Positions 42,232 to 56,882 of a DNA stretch of 64,000 bases are shown here, in pieces. Each line of letters begins with the position of its first letter. The first letter of the stretch is position 1. This DNA comes from Eledone cirrhosa. Taxonomy: Eukaryota. The DNA lies in contig OZ024746.1 of the NCBI GenBank assembly GCA_964016885.1, positions 31,868,001-31,932,000 on the forward strand, given 5' to 3'. Made by a program: the position numbers and the translations under genes. The notes under the pieces were generated by a model. It had not been told where the DNA came from and made no database searches. It saw only the letters and a program-made list of their open reading frames with translations.

Positions 42232-43544
42232 TGTTGTTGTTGTTGTTGTTGTTCTAGTTGTTGTTGTTATTCTTGTTCAAAAATTAATAAAAAGAAAGTT
42301 GTTGCTTTTTTATACAAAAGAATGAAAGGAAGGAAAGGAAGGAAAGGAAGCGAGAGTTGGAGATAGTTTTTGGTGATCTTAGAAAATGTAAAACATTTAT
42401 TACAACAAGAATTGTTATTGTTGTTGTTACAAAAAAATGTATCATATATTTATCAGAACAAGAATTGTCGCTGTCTTAGTAGTTGTTGTAGCTGTTGTTG
42501 TTGTATAAAATAAGAGTTGTTGAAATAGTTTCTGTTATTGATGTTACAAAATGTAACATACATTTATTTTAAAAGACAAAAAGACGAACGAAAAAATAAG
42601 TAAATGAAGCATCACGTGAAATATGGCAGAATATATTGAAATAATCGATATACATTGATTGACTTTAAGAATATATTTTACTTTTTAGCTTTTTAGCATC
42701 ACATAACTCTAAAATTGTTGAATAAAACCGGAGATTTAGACCCCTGAGACAGAAAAAAGTAGTCAAACTCCCCTAAAAGGGTAACACGCTCTCCCAGCAC
42801 ACGGCAGATACGTGGTTCAATTTCTGTCGGTGATTCTGTCCACTTTTTTCCATCTCAAAGGGCTAATATTTCCTATTTTCTTCAATTATATTAATATGCG
42901 TTGTAGTAGCTTTTCCAAAATGCAAAATATACTGTTTAAAATATCAATCCTACTATAGACTTCTTAAGCGTTACATTTTTTTGTTTGATATAATTTGTTC
43001 TCTTTGTAATGCATTGATTATATGTGATGTATTGATTGTATGTGATGTATTGGTTATGTGATATATTGATTTGAAACAAATCTAGATTATGGAAAATATG
43101 AAAACATCAAGGTAGGGTGGTAAATAGTTTGTGTGTGTGTGTGTGGAGGGTGGAGGTGGGATGGATGTATGTGAATGTGGATCTATGAATATATCTGTAT
43201 AGGTGTACATACATGTGTATGTGCATACGTGTTTCTGAATCAGTGAAGGGTTGAAGTGGAAAGGATGTGTATATGTGCGTGAATGATTATATATGAGTAT
43301 GTTGTAAGTGTATGTATACGTACATACATATGTGCGTGTGTTATTTAATGAAGAATTGTGGTGGGTTTGATGTGTGAGGTGCTCAGTCTGTTCAGCTGGA
43401 TTCGCTATAAACTGTAATTTGACTAGATGAGAAATGATGAGACACAATCACAGCAGGGTCTTATTCAACTGACCCTCTACAAAACCTTTCATTTACTGCC
43501 GGAATTTACAGTTAAAATAATAAACAATAATAATAGTATAAAAA

Positions 43545-43710
43545 TGTTTAGCACAAGGCCAGCAATTTGTGGGAGGATAAAGTTGATTGAGGCACCCACA
43601 TCGCCTCCGGGAAGATGAAAGGCAAAGTAGATAGACCTCGACAGGATTTGAACTCAGAACGTAAGATATTTTGTCTGGGGTTCTAACGATTCTGCCAATC
43701 CACCCCGCTT
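43545..43710 (-). mobile_element. SINE family A, degenerate
   Basis: gcacaaggccagcaattt...gatttgaactcagaac. Confidence 0.75.
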
Positions 43711-43736
43711 AATTAATTAATTAATTTATTATTATT

Positions 43737-43787
<51 letters not shown>

Positions 43788-43973
43788 CTTTATGTTTGCG
43801 AGGAATGGTTTATAACTTAAACGTTGGTTCGTTTAGATAATTAGTTTTTTTAATTAGATTCCACCGCATTTTAATAGCTTTTATTGTGTTTGTTTATTGT
43901 TTTTGTAACTGGGAAGTCTGTTGGGTGTTTTGTCGTTGTTGTTGTTGTCATTGTTGTTGTCATTGTTATTATT

Positions 43974-45976
43974 TCATTGTTTGTCTTTGGAGACGATCTT
44001 TCTCTCCATATAAACGGCATAGTATAAGACGCCTTTCTTATTTTCATAACCCACAAGTAGTTTGGGGAAATAGCTTCCTTTGAGGTAATAATTAGCTATT
44101 GTTTCACCTAAACTGGTAGAGCTGAGGCTATGTTTAAAGATGCCCTGTTTTGTGTTGTCCCTGCGGTAGATTACCGAAAATCGGGGCTTCTTATAGCGAC
44201 TGGAGGAATCCAGATATGTCATGACTCGGCCAGATTTGAAATTTAGTTTCATGCTGAAGATAAGATCCCGCATACTGATATCCATGTACTCTTTGGAGAA
44301 TTTGATGGATTTCTTTTCTAAAATGAAGCAGACCATCGGTTCGTGGTTTATGTGGACAAAACTTTGAACTCTAGGGACATAACCCTTTTCATTGTAAACA
44401 TGAACGAAGAGTTTATAACTTTGAGAATATTGTTGAATTCCGAATTTGATATCCACTGGAGTTTCTTTCTCCTTGTTAAAAAGTGCCATATATTGTTGTT
44501 TGTTTCCGTGTGAATAACTTACATAGCTCTGAAGCAATTTGAGGTAGGCGTGACTTCTGACGTAGAGGTGCTTATAATGTAAAAGTTTCTTTTCGCTTAA
44601 GCCATGCTCAAAGTAGAAAGCGTCTTTAGTTTGACCTGGGTTCGACTGAGCTATAACAGTGAAAAAGGTTTGTTCTTCAAACTCAAAAGCACTGATCCAT
44701 TCTACTTTAAAATCTTGTTCTCGGATAGCACTAATGTATGCTGAAATATGCCTCTCGGGAAGTTGATACTTAATAATTCGAGATCCTTCGGCTGGGGTTC
44801 CAATTTGAATATCTGCTAGATCATAATTAAAATAATTAGGAGTATCCGTAGGAAAATTCTTTGCAAAATGTAAAATTTCTTTGTTGAATAAATTTTTGTT
44901 CTTTCTTCCAACTAAAAGCACCACAAATGCATCAGCTGATGAATGTGTGGAGTTGTGATGTTGATGCATCGACTTCATTAATCCTTTATGGTAAAACAAC
45001 ATATCGTCTGTGTTCATATCACTTTCTTGTCTGTTGACATTTACTCCTGCCCCCATCCATCTCTCAAGATCTCCAATTATATAAGCAGGTTTCTCCAATA
45101 GAATTCTCACTGAAGATTCATTCAGAAGTTGGTGATCCCCTGTTTGAGCTAAACAGCGAAAGAAACGCATTATATCATAAACATTTGACTGCCATTCACT
45201 TCTGGCGTGTTCTGGTCGAGCATGTAAGCCACTGGAAGGCTTGTGGATGACTGAACCTTTCTTCTCGTGTTTCCCATCATATTTGTTGAGAAAGGGGCTG
45301 ACCTTTGTATGCCACATTCCACACGGATCTAGAATATTCTTTCGGACGAAACTAACGTAGTCTAAATCTTGCACTTTCTCGATGATTTGTTGGAGAATGA
45401 CGTAACCAAAATTGGAGTAAGTAGAGTGTGTACCCGATCGATTGTGGAGAGGAAGGGATATCACGTATTTGATGACGTCTCTCAGTTCTAACGGTCTGGA
45501 TAACTTCATGATGCCGGTGATGTTAGGTACACGGTAACCTTTTGATAAATATACGGAGTTCAGTAGAGGATCAAACAGAGGGGGTTTGTTAGCGTTCCAT
45601 CCGGCGGCATGACGTAAGAGATCATCAACTCTTATATCATACAACAACTTGTCAGTGTGATGGGTGTTCCATGGCGTCAAATGGCCTAAAATCCCCTTTT
45701 TACCGAACACTAAGCGTGAGAGAAACAACTTGTTCTCTTCAGCTATTTTCAGAATGGAGACATCAGTAAACATCTTGGCAATATTTGACACCGGGAACAA
45801 GGTTTCTGGAGTAATCTTAAGGTCCTTGTGCATTTTACCGTAACCTTGGGCGTAAAGAAGTTTTCCATGGCGTATGAGGCCAACGGCAGCACCTTGGTAC
45901 TGGTACTTTGTCAGGAATTTGTTGAATGCTTCATCAAAGGAATTATTGATTGGTAAGGGGTGATTGGCAAACACAC
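43974..45976 (-). CDS. Terminal 2-kb exon of a beta-lactamase/PBP-fold (class C/serine hydrolase family) protein with five C-terminal polyglycine-hydrolase-type (BTRD1-like) repeats; likely secreted pseudoenzyme
   Basis: 666 open codons; GAAVGLIRHGKLLYAQGYG, F-P-V-S-N-I-A-K (SxxK position), LLRHAAG, YSNFGY, ILDPCGM. Acceptor cttcttcag|GT at 45977/45976 (phase 1); GVFA-NHP resembles a signal-peptide end. Confidence 0.92.
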
Positions 45977-46036
45977 CTGAAGAAGAAAAAGAAAGTAATT
46001 AGTATATTGGTAATTAGCATAATCAACATAAGGCTT

Positions 46037-46107
<71 letters not shown>

Positions 46108-47425
46108 GTATTGAAAACATGCCGGTGCTCCAGTTTCAACACCTTTGAGGTATTTTTGTATTTCTTTAGTTCTTTATGCTTAGTTTGGAACGTTTAAGAT
46201 GTTTCCTACTATGGGATACATAGGGAAATTCATATAGTCATGTTGGCACGTTAAAGGCATGCACGCGCGCATCCAGCCCCTGTATATTCACATACCCATA
46301 TAAGTGCATATTTTATTAGACTTCCCCCATCGATATATATACTCAGAGGTGAATATAGATTCTACAGATACACACACACACAGACCTACACATATATATA
46401 TACACACACATACATACTTTCATATATACCCATATGTGTGTGTGAGTGTGCAAACATACACGCATACGCCTTCGCCGTTGATCATACACCAAATCCTTAA
46501 GTAAACATTTATCTATGCTTCCATAGGTTCATACTCCAGGAATGGTATGTTTGCACTCATTTAAATATATATCACTATAGATAGTCTCATATATGCTATA
46601 TGTTGCTTTGTGTGGTGGTGTCCGTAATAGGGCTAATTTGTGGAAATATATGTTCTTGAAAAATGTATTTTTTCCGAAATGCCCATATAGACAATTACAC
46701 GTATACCAAGAGACAGTTATATTAACAATTAGATACTTTCAACCAGAATAGTAGACCCATGTATTTTAGTGTTTGCAAACTATCAGTGCACGTAGGTTCG
46801 TATTCGGATTTATGATAGTGTACAACATATCTTATAGAGCACAGCTTCCTATCTAATTAGGGTCAATTCCATGTGCTGAAGAACCATACAGGTGAGAAGG
46901 AAGGGTGTTCATTCTGATGGGTGGTAGTATGAGAAAGTAGGGTGTGGGCGGCCTACGCTCTGAGAAAAGATGCAAAAGACTACTGGCTGTATTCCCTAGG
47001 CTACTGTATCAGTATATATAACTCTCTCTTATAGAAATATATAGGGTTTGGAATTTACTGAAGGTATCACATATAAGGGTACTCACGAAGGCCTTATATC
47101 TATATATCTAAACAGATAGATAGGCATTACTGTGCGAAATATTTTACCAACATTTCGAAAAATGCAATTCATATATCATTCGAAATATATGTAAGGGAAT
47201 AAATATGGTTTTTTGATGAAAGAAGTTAACTTTTTCCATTAATACTCTTGTTTATAGTTGCTCTGCCTTTGTAACTACTCTTCTTCACTAATCATTTCCT
47301 CTTCAGACCTTTACATATTATATAAATGCATTGAGCTATTCCTTTTTTTTTAAAACTAGCAATTACATATTATCGTTTTAATTCTCTACTTTCCTTCGAA
47401 AATTGTTTGTAAAGTTTTACCTTTG

Positions 47426-47519
<94 letters not shown>

Positions 47520-47709
47520 GGTTATGCACGAGTGCATTAATGTTTTCCAGGACACAGTGTTATGTACCGTGTAGTGGAATGTCAGCTTACAACAGAGTGG
47601 TGCTCAACGAAATGCAGAAAAAAGGTGTATATTCCAGTTTAGCTATATTCCGGGGCGTGTATAAAGAATTAAAAAGAACAGAAAGATGCAGTAAAAGAGA
47701 TTTATTCGG

Positions 47710-47938
<229 letters not shown>

Positions 47939-48740
47939 CTGTGTGCGTCTGTGTGTGTGGCGACGACGGTATAATGCTTGATTTCTTTGCCAGACTGTGA
48001 ATGATGTCGGCTGCTAACGTGTTGTTTTATGTTATCCTTGTAAAGGCCTTATGGCTTTTATCTCTAATCTTTAACCAATGTTTGTAACACTAGTTAAATA
48101 GTGTATGTATGTGTGGCTGTATGTGTGTGTGTGAGTGCGTATCTGTGTGTGTACGTGTGTTGCTTTTGAAGTTTGAATGAATTATTTGTCACTGATTACT
48201 ATTGTGTTGTGTGTATGTGTGTGTATTGTGTTTGCAGTTTGAGTGAGCTTCTGTTTGTTTTGTTTTTAGGAGGGTTTAGTTTTGTTAAGGGTTTAATTAG
48301 AAAGAAGGGTTTTTTGTAGTCACAGTCCCATCCATCTCCTTCACAACCCATACTAGCAAGATTATTGGGTTTAATGTTTATTCATGTATGATGTGGAAAA
48401 TATTTCATTTGTTAATGTATGGCGTGGAAAATATTTCATCAGTATTGTCAAAATAATGCTGATGGCAGGGTGGATGGAAGGATGGTTAGAGGGGAGGACA
48501 TATTTGATAATGTCGTACTAGAAACCTCTAAAAAAAAATGGACGGGATTGTTATGATTGGAATGTGTCTACTCATAGATCTCCTCGGTGGTAGGTGATCA
48601 AGGAGAAAAGGTTCACAGTTTAATCACCAAGCAATAACAAAAGCCACCTCTCACAAGCTGTATGTCGTAAAGGTAACTGAGGAAGTTACCTACTATCAGA
48701 TTACACAGTAGACATCTAATCTGATATATATATACACACG

Positions 48741-48836
<96 letters not shown>

Positions 48837-48889
48837 AATATATATAGCTGAAACAGGAGGCAATTGTACACAATTATACATTTATATAT

Positions 48890-48962
<73 letters not shown>

Positions 48963-49038
48963 CGAAGGAAATGTGGTAAGGAACCAGGTGGACCATAACG
49001 CACCAAAGTACTCAATACTTGAGGTAGTAGAGTGGGTA

Positions 49039-49151
49039 ATAGGAACCAGTAAGACCCCGACAGCTGAGCTCAAGCCGTTTCGACGGCTAATTCTGAGTCC
49101 AGAATTAGCCGTCGAAACGGCTTGAGCTCAGCTGTCGGGGTCTTACTGGTT

Positions 49152-49156
<5 letters not shown>
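49039..49156. repeat. Perfect 57-bp-arm hairpin (4-nt loop) containing a hammerhead 3' half
   Basis: 49039-49095 is the reverse complement of 49100-49156; right arm has GAAAC-ggct-tgagctc-agct-GTC. Confidence 0.93.
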
Positions 49157-49223
<67 letters not shown>

Positions 49224-49464
49224 TGTGTGTGTATATATATATTATGAATGAATAATTTGCTAAGATGATTCAGCGTCGTTATTCAACGTAAAATGATATT
49301 TTGCACTAATATAACTGACAGTAAATACCACTGGGAAACGTTCTGAATACTTAATACATATCAGGTAGTTCTTGTATACATACTTGGGAATATGTCGTAC
49401 CTCATTATTACATACACCATTGACTATATACCATATATTTTTTGAATTAAAGTTTTATATATAG

Positions 49465-49508
<44 letters not shown>

Positions 49509-49523
49509 TATAGTATATATATC

Positions 49524-50070
49524 AGAAATATGTGTGGTTTCACTTGGAAGGACAAAGTCTCTAATAAACAGTTGTTTCATGAATGTAATATACAAAGCGT
49601 AGAAGCCTTCTTAAAATGGTCTCAATTAAGATAGGCTGACCATGTTGCTAGGATGAATGATGAAAAACTGCCTAAAATGCTCATATATGGCCAACCTTAT
49701 GAAGGTGTGTGAAATGTGGGAAGACCCCTTCTTAGATACAAGGATATAGTGAAGAATAATATCAAGTATTTTGGAATACAACCATCAGAATGTGAGGAAT
49801 GTGCTGCTGGCCGTAATAGGTGGAGGAAAATCTGCCAAAATGGCATCAAAAACCATGTCAACACAAGGATTGAGCAACTAGGTGACCTAAGGCAAGGTGA
49901 AAGGAATGTAGTTTCGGTTCAACAATTTGTGTGTGAAGGATGCAGTCTGGTTTGCAAAATCAGGGCAGGTTTAGTATCTCACAGTAGACACTAACACTAA
50001 AATATGTAGTAAAGGGAAAGCAAAATCCTTTGGCCTTCATGTATCGAACACGACGAGAGAGTTCATCATA
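49524..50070 (+). mobile_element. RTE (BovB-like) LINE 3' fragment
   Basis: GFTWKDKVSN...HVARMNDEKLPKMLIYG...GRPLLRYKD...CEGCSLVCKIRAGLVSHSRH. Confidence 0.88.
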
Positions 50071-50077
50071 TATATAT

Positions 50078-50650
50078 ACTGTACGTCTGTATACATATAT
50101 GTATGTACGTATACATACATACATACATACATACATACATACATACATACATACATACATACATACATACATACATACTTACATTTAAGTAAGTGCCGTA
50201 CTAAGAGTGAGAAATGAAATTTCGTTTCATTCTATTCCATTTATCGTTTTCGGTGTGCCCGGCCGACTGAACTCACTCGATATGCAAATTGGGCTGCTCA
50301 GCCGTTAATATGCATAAGGAAAGTATATACTTTCAGACGTTCAACCATCTGGAAGGAAGGTATGCGATGCTGACGATAGCTAATAAGCTTCGTTCCTGTG
50401 TCAGTGTTGAACAAAAAGGTGACGTGGTTGCCTAAACACTGTACAGCGTAATTCGGGCTGTTTGTTTGTTTACAAACAAACAAACCGAGCATTATAATAA
50501 ATGTTCGGTAAACCGATACGTGCATATATATATGTATGTATATATATATATATACATACTACTGTACGTCTGTATACATACATACATACATACTTACATT
50601 TAAGTAAGTGCCGTACTAAGAGTGAAAGATGAAATTTCGTTTCATTCTAT
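50078..50650 (+). mobile_element. ~415-bp monomer in partial tandem with decayed hammerhead; relative of the 469-bp element
   Basis: acttacatttaagtaagtgccg at 50177 and 50592; ATGCAAAT at 50282; CTGACGA at 50370. Confidence 0.6.
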
Positions 50651-50659
50651 ACCGCGCGC

Positions 50660-50733
<74 letters not shown>

Positions 50734-50819
50734 TATAATTAGTCACATCAGTAACATATACGACAGTATGCACTGGTAATTGCTGGCCTTGTGCCTAAAG
50801 TAGAAACAATTATATATAA

Positions 50820-51042
50820 GGCTGACCATTCTACAGACACACATACCACTTTCTCAGTGGCATTCACTGCGGACTGGTTAGTCATTTGTATCACCGATAC
50901 AACATATTTTCCTCAGCTGGGTTGACTGGAGAAATGTAAAATAAAGTGTTTTACTCAAGGCCACAACGCGCCGCGAACAGGAGTCTATCTCGTAACCTTA
51001 TGATCGTAAGTCTAACACTCTAACCACTAAGCCATACGCCTT
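50820..51042 (-). mobile_element. SINE family B
   Basis: gtaaaataaagtgttttactcaagg...ctaaccactaagcc. Confidence 0.65.
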
Positions 51043-51500
51043 TAAACTCACAGATATACACACTAATATTTCGTATGTAATCTTCCCCTTCCCTTTCACG
51101 AATTTCACCCTATCGGTGTTTGTAGTCATTTCTCATGACCTACGTAATGACTATTTCTGGGAAAGGCATAAACGCCACAGGTAGCCAAAAACCTCCTCCT
51201 ACTCCTCGCTGCCATCAAAGCTTTCAAAGACAAAGTATGTTAGATAATTAATTAGATAATTAGTGTGTATCCTATTTAGGTGGAGGGGAATTAGGAGCGA
51301 GATATATTGCAGAGTGAGAAGAAACGTGAAGAAAATTCTAATTTAAATCCTCAGCAGGTTTTGGTAAAATCCAATTTTGGAACTTATACAGACACACACA
51401 CTCTTACGCGCTTAAGCATATATATATAAATATATATATATGTAAACACGTACACGTACACGTACGCATATCAACACACATATATAAATCTCTCTCTCTC

Positions 51501-51640
<140 letters not shown>

Positions 51641-51933
51641 TATATACATATATATATACACATATATATATATATACATATATATATACATATATATATA
51701 CACATATATATATATATACATATATATATACATATATATATATATACATATATATATACATATATATATACATATATATACATACATATTTATATACATA
51801 CATATTTATATACACATATATATATACATACATATATATATACATACATATATATATACATACATATATATATACATACAAATATATATACATACATATA
51901 TATATATATACATACATATATATTTATGTATAC

Positions 51934-52783
<850 letters not shown>

Positions 52784-52813
52784 ATATATATATACATACA
52801 TATATACATATAT

Positions 52814-52932
<119 letters not shown>

Positions 52933-52989
52933 CAAAGAGAGTGGAGTACAGCAGACAAAGTGTTAAAGAACTGTATAGACAATACTAAC

Positions 52990-53157
52990 TGTCAATGCAA
53001 GGATCTTCGTAACATGCTGATGTGGCATTTAAAGGTAAGTTAGCCTCTTTAGAGATATTGAGAACTCTTAGAGGTTCTCTGGTTCTCTCCTTAGTTCCTT
53101 CACCACATGTCACACTACAGTTACTCCAAGGTGACCATTCACTGACTGCCCCTTTAC
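52990..53157 (-). pseudogene. Duplicated TSP1 exon with intact splice sites (orphan or co-opted exon)
   Basis: Reverse complement of 14218-14385; tacag|...|gttagt retained; IYEE changed to ISKE. Confidence 0.85.
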
Positions 53158-53282
53158 CTGTATAACAACAATAACAAGACAAACATCTTAAATATATGGC
53201 AAGAACAACACTAACATTTTAAGTATATTACAACAACTATACAAACATCTTAAATGTATGACAATAACAACAACACAAAACT

Positions 53283-53546
53283 TTTTTACCAAAAAGAAGA
53301 ACAAGTCAACATCATTAGATACCACCAGGGTTTCAGGTGTTATATCAGAGTTTTCCTTCTCCTAGAATTCTGCCTTGACAAAGGCTAAGGGGTCATCTCT
53401 CCCGGTGATTTTGGATGGCTATTGACTCTTAAGAGCTCCTTTGCCCTTTGACAGGTTTTGTTTTTAGTCCTGTAGGATGTCCAAAGCCACCCTCCTCACC
53501 CTCCTCACCAAGAAACCTTGGTGGGGTTGCCAGTTTAGTCGCCAAC
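53283..53546 (-). mobile_element. Third, partial copy of the RTE derivative
   Basis: Direct repeat of 52457-52716 with several substitutions. Confidence 0.85.
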
Positions 53547-53785
53547 TATAAACAAGCAAATTATAAACGTAACATGTAAGTATGATTTTGAAACGGTGCG
53601 CGAGTTTGAAATTAGAAATTAAAAATTATAAGCTTTCACCGTATTTTAGACTAAAGAAATTTCTAGCCTGATAGTGGGGTTTATAACCCTCGGAGAAATG
53701 GAAAAAGATGAGTGTTGCCGTACATACATACATATATATTTATACATACATATATATTTATGTATACATATATATATATACATAC

Positions 53786-53832
<47 letters not shown>

Positions 53833-53905
53833 CATATATATATACATATATATACATATATATATATACATATATATATATACATATATATATACATATA
53901 TATAC

Positions 53906-53956
<51 letters not shown>

Positions 53957-54111
53957 TATACATATATATATATACATATATATATATACATATATATATA
54001 TATACATATATATGTATATATATATATATACACATATATATATATGCACATATATATATATACATATATATACATATACATATATATATATACATATATA
54101 TATATACATAC

Positions 54112-56390
54112 ATGCCTCTGTCTCGTCATCTATTTGATGACGAGACAGAGGTACAGTTCACCATAGCTAGAAATAAGATTAAACAAATAGTAAACCGGTA
54201 TACTAAGAGACAGAGCAGACCAGAGGTCCAACAACTTGGGAGGAAACCTGTAGAAGGCTTGGTTAGCCTCAAGCAGCGCACAAGGGGTGGTGAGGTAGTA
54301 TGTCTACCCACGGATAAGTCTGGTAGGATGTCAATAGATAGCATGCCGAACTACATCAAGACTATGCAACCCACATCACCAACACGAGCGAAGTTGTACA
54401 GCAAACACATGATGGGAGAGAGAAAATCCTCAACGCTCACATGATGATGTGGACTGACATCCTAAAGCCAAGCAGACGCACTGCCAACAACTTCCAGGCG
54501 TCTAACAATGGCATACCACCCTTGTATGGGCTCCGCAAAGACCACAAGACAGTCGACGACCCGACAACAGGACCACCAACAAGACCCGTATGCGGAGCTA
54601 ATATAGCTAGCAACTACAGGATCTCCTACTTCCCCTCAATGGTTATACGCCCCATAATCAAGATGTCCCCAGATGTATGTGACAGTACAGAGCACCTCCT
54701 CAGCAGAATCAGTGAGTGCAACAAAAACAAGAACCTATCCAACTGCATAGGCAACATGGATGTGGTGTCACTGTACCCATCCATTAACATTGATTTTGCT
54801 GTGGAAAAATGTGTGGAGATGATCATTGAGAGTGAGGTGGAATTCTGCGGACGACGACACAGACGAACTGGGCCTCCTATTTAGACTTACCTACGACACT
54901 GACTACCTAGACAGCCATGACCTTAGACGTTTCTTCCCTAGTAGACCCATAAGAGGTAGACCCTCCACCATAACCTCAATGGCAAAAAAGACTCCCATAG
55001 GAAGGTGGATTGGGTGAACCAAAGCTATACGGACCCCCCAAATCAATGATCAGGTAAGAAAAATGGTCGCACATGCAATAGGGGCTAGTATCAAAACTAC
55101 CCTAAAGGGCCACATATTCAAGTTCAACGAGAAGATCTACATCCAAAATGAGGGAGCAGCCATTGGCGTCAGCATAGCTGGCGATGTTGCCGATCTTTTT
55201 ATGGTATGGTGGGAAAGGAGACTTAAAGATCTCCTTAATGAAAGCTCCATAGACCTCATCATGTACTCTCGTTACGTAGACGATATCAATATAGTTATAA
55301 GAACATCCCCACTAGAGAGCACTAACAAGTTTGATTTAGAACGTAGCACAATGGAAAGCATCCAGCAGATAGCTAATTCCATACACCAGAGTATAACTGT
55401 AACTATCGACTACCCTTCCAAACACCCTAACAATAGACTACCTGTATTAGACACGGAACTCTGGATTAACACTATAGACGAGAGAGCCCAAATTCTCCAC
55501 TCACACTATGCTAAACCCATGGCCTCCAAATACCTGATACTCAAAAACTCAGCAATGTCCAGTAGTGCTAAGTTTAATATTCTGATCGCAGATTTGGTAC
55601 GAGTGATGAAGAATGTGTCCCGCATGTGCGACCCAACAGAAATGGAAAGACACATCCAACACTTCATCAACCGCATGCAGTTCTCTGGCTACAACCAGAG
55701 AGACAGAGTCAGAGAATACGAAGGAGCCATGGAGAAGTATAAGACCCTCATAGAACTGGACATGAAAGGAATTTGCCCATTATACAGGAGCAAATCCTGG
55801 AATAGCTTAGATAGGGCTAGACATAAGATAGGGAAAGCCACCTCATGGTACGACAACCAGAGATACCAGAGTGTCATGTTTGTGGACGCTACCCCTAGAG
55901 GGAAATTAGCTAACCAGTGTAGAAAGGCTCTGAGAAAGACCCACTTAAAGATTAAGGTGGTAGAAAAGCCAGGAACCACCATAAAATCCCTGATCAGCAA
56001 AACCTACCCTTTTAAGAAAACCCACTGTACTAATAGGAAATGTATCATATGTAAGGTAAACCCCCGGATAAACTGTAAAACTAGAAGCGTAGTCTATAGC
56101 ATAAGATGTACAGAGGGTACTTGCAGAAACATGACAACAACATACATAGGCGAGACAGCTCGTAGCATAGGTGAAAGGATAGACCAACACTGGGGGGAAC
56201 TAAAAGGACGAAAAAACGGGTCAGTACTATACGAACATGCCAGACAACAACACAACGGTAACATAGACAACATAGAAATTAGAATAATATCTAAACATAG
56301 AAATGACCCAGCAGATAGGCAAATCAGAGAGGCCAGTGAAATAGAACTTAGAAGGCCAAGGCTAAACAGAAAGAATGAATGGAATAACAA
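54112..56390 (+). mobile_element. Penelope-like retroelement (RT + C-terminal GIY-YIG), frameshifted, flanked by (TA)n
   Basis: PTDKSGR, LYGLRKDHK...PTRPVCGA, MDVVSLYPSI, GAAIG, YSRYVDD, LPVLD, VVYSIRC...[16 protein letters not shown]. Confidence 0.95.
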
Positions 56391-56415
56391 CATATATATA
56401 CATATATATATATAC

Positions 56416-56464
<49 letters not shown>

Positions 56465-56837
56465 TATATATATACATATATATACATATATATATATATA
56501 CATATATATATACATATATATATACATATATATATATATATAAAAACAAATAACGAAACGAAATTAAATTTCGTTTCGTTTGTAACTCACTTTTGTATGA
56601 CTGACGCTTAAACAATTAAGTTAAAAAAATGTACATCCACATATGTATACTGAAATACTAGTATGCATATGATTACACACACGTATACATATGTAGATGT
56701 ACCGAGTTTTTCACTGGTCACGTTACTGTGAGTGTCCAGCTATTCTGTATGTAAACACACAGACAAACCGGTTTTTAGAGTCATACTGGTTTTTTTAGGA
56801 AACACCTTTCCTCTATTCTCCAGAAAGCCAGACAAGG

Positions 56838-56882
56838 AATATTGAACTAGTTTCGATGTTGTTACATCTCATCAGCAATATT
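56838..56882 (-). ncRNA. Minimal type I hammerhead ribozyme
   Basis: aatattg-CTGATGA-gatgt/acatc-GAAAC-TA-GTT-caatatt. Confidence 0.88.

Noticed and set aside
42770-42835. tRNA gene
   Set aside because: Only a B-box-like ggttcaatt and a partial arm; no full cloverleaf. Likely a tRNA-derived repeat relic.
43974-45976. Bacterial contamination explaining the beta-lactamase-like ORF
   Set aside because: It has a spliceosomal acceptor, host-like base composition, and host SINEs and microsatellites on both sides.
47081-47127. Minus-strand ATG...|gtgagt mini-exon as first exon
   Set aside because: The donor is phase 2 (the acceptor needs phase 1) and the peptide is not signal-like.
50298-50525. 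Signal-peptide-like ORF MHVSVYRTFIIMLGLFV as first exon of the beta-lactamase-like gene
   Set aside because: Lies within the 415-bp repeat element, and I found no convincing phase-1 donor after the hydrophobic stretch.
53650-53722. gcCTGATAGtggggtt..aaccctcg..agaaa motif, also at ~34955
   Set aside because: Only loosely hammerhead-like: the core is non-canonical and stems I and III are absent. Treated as an unclassified repeat.
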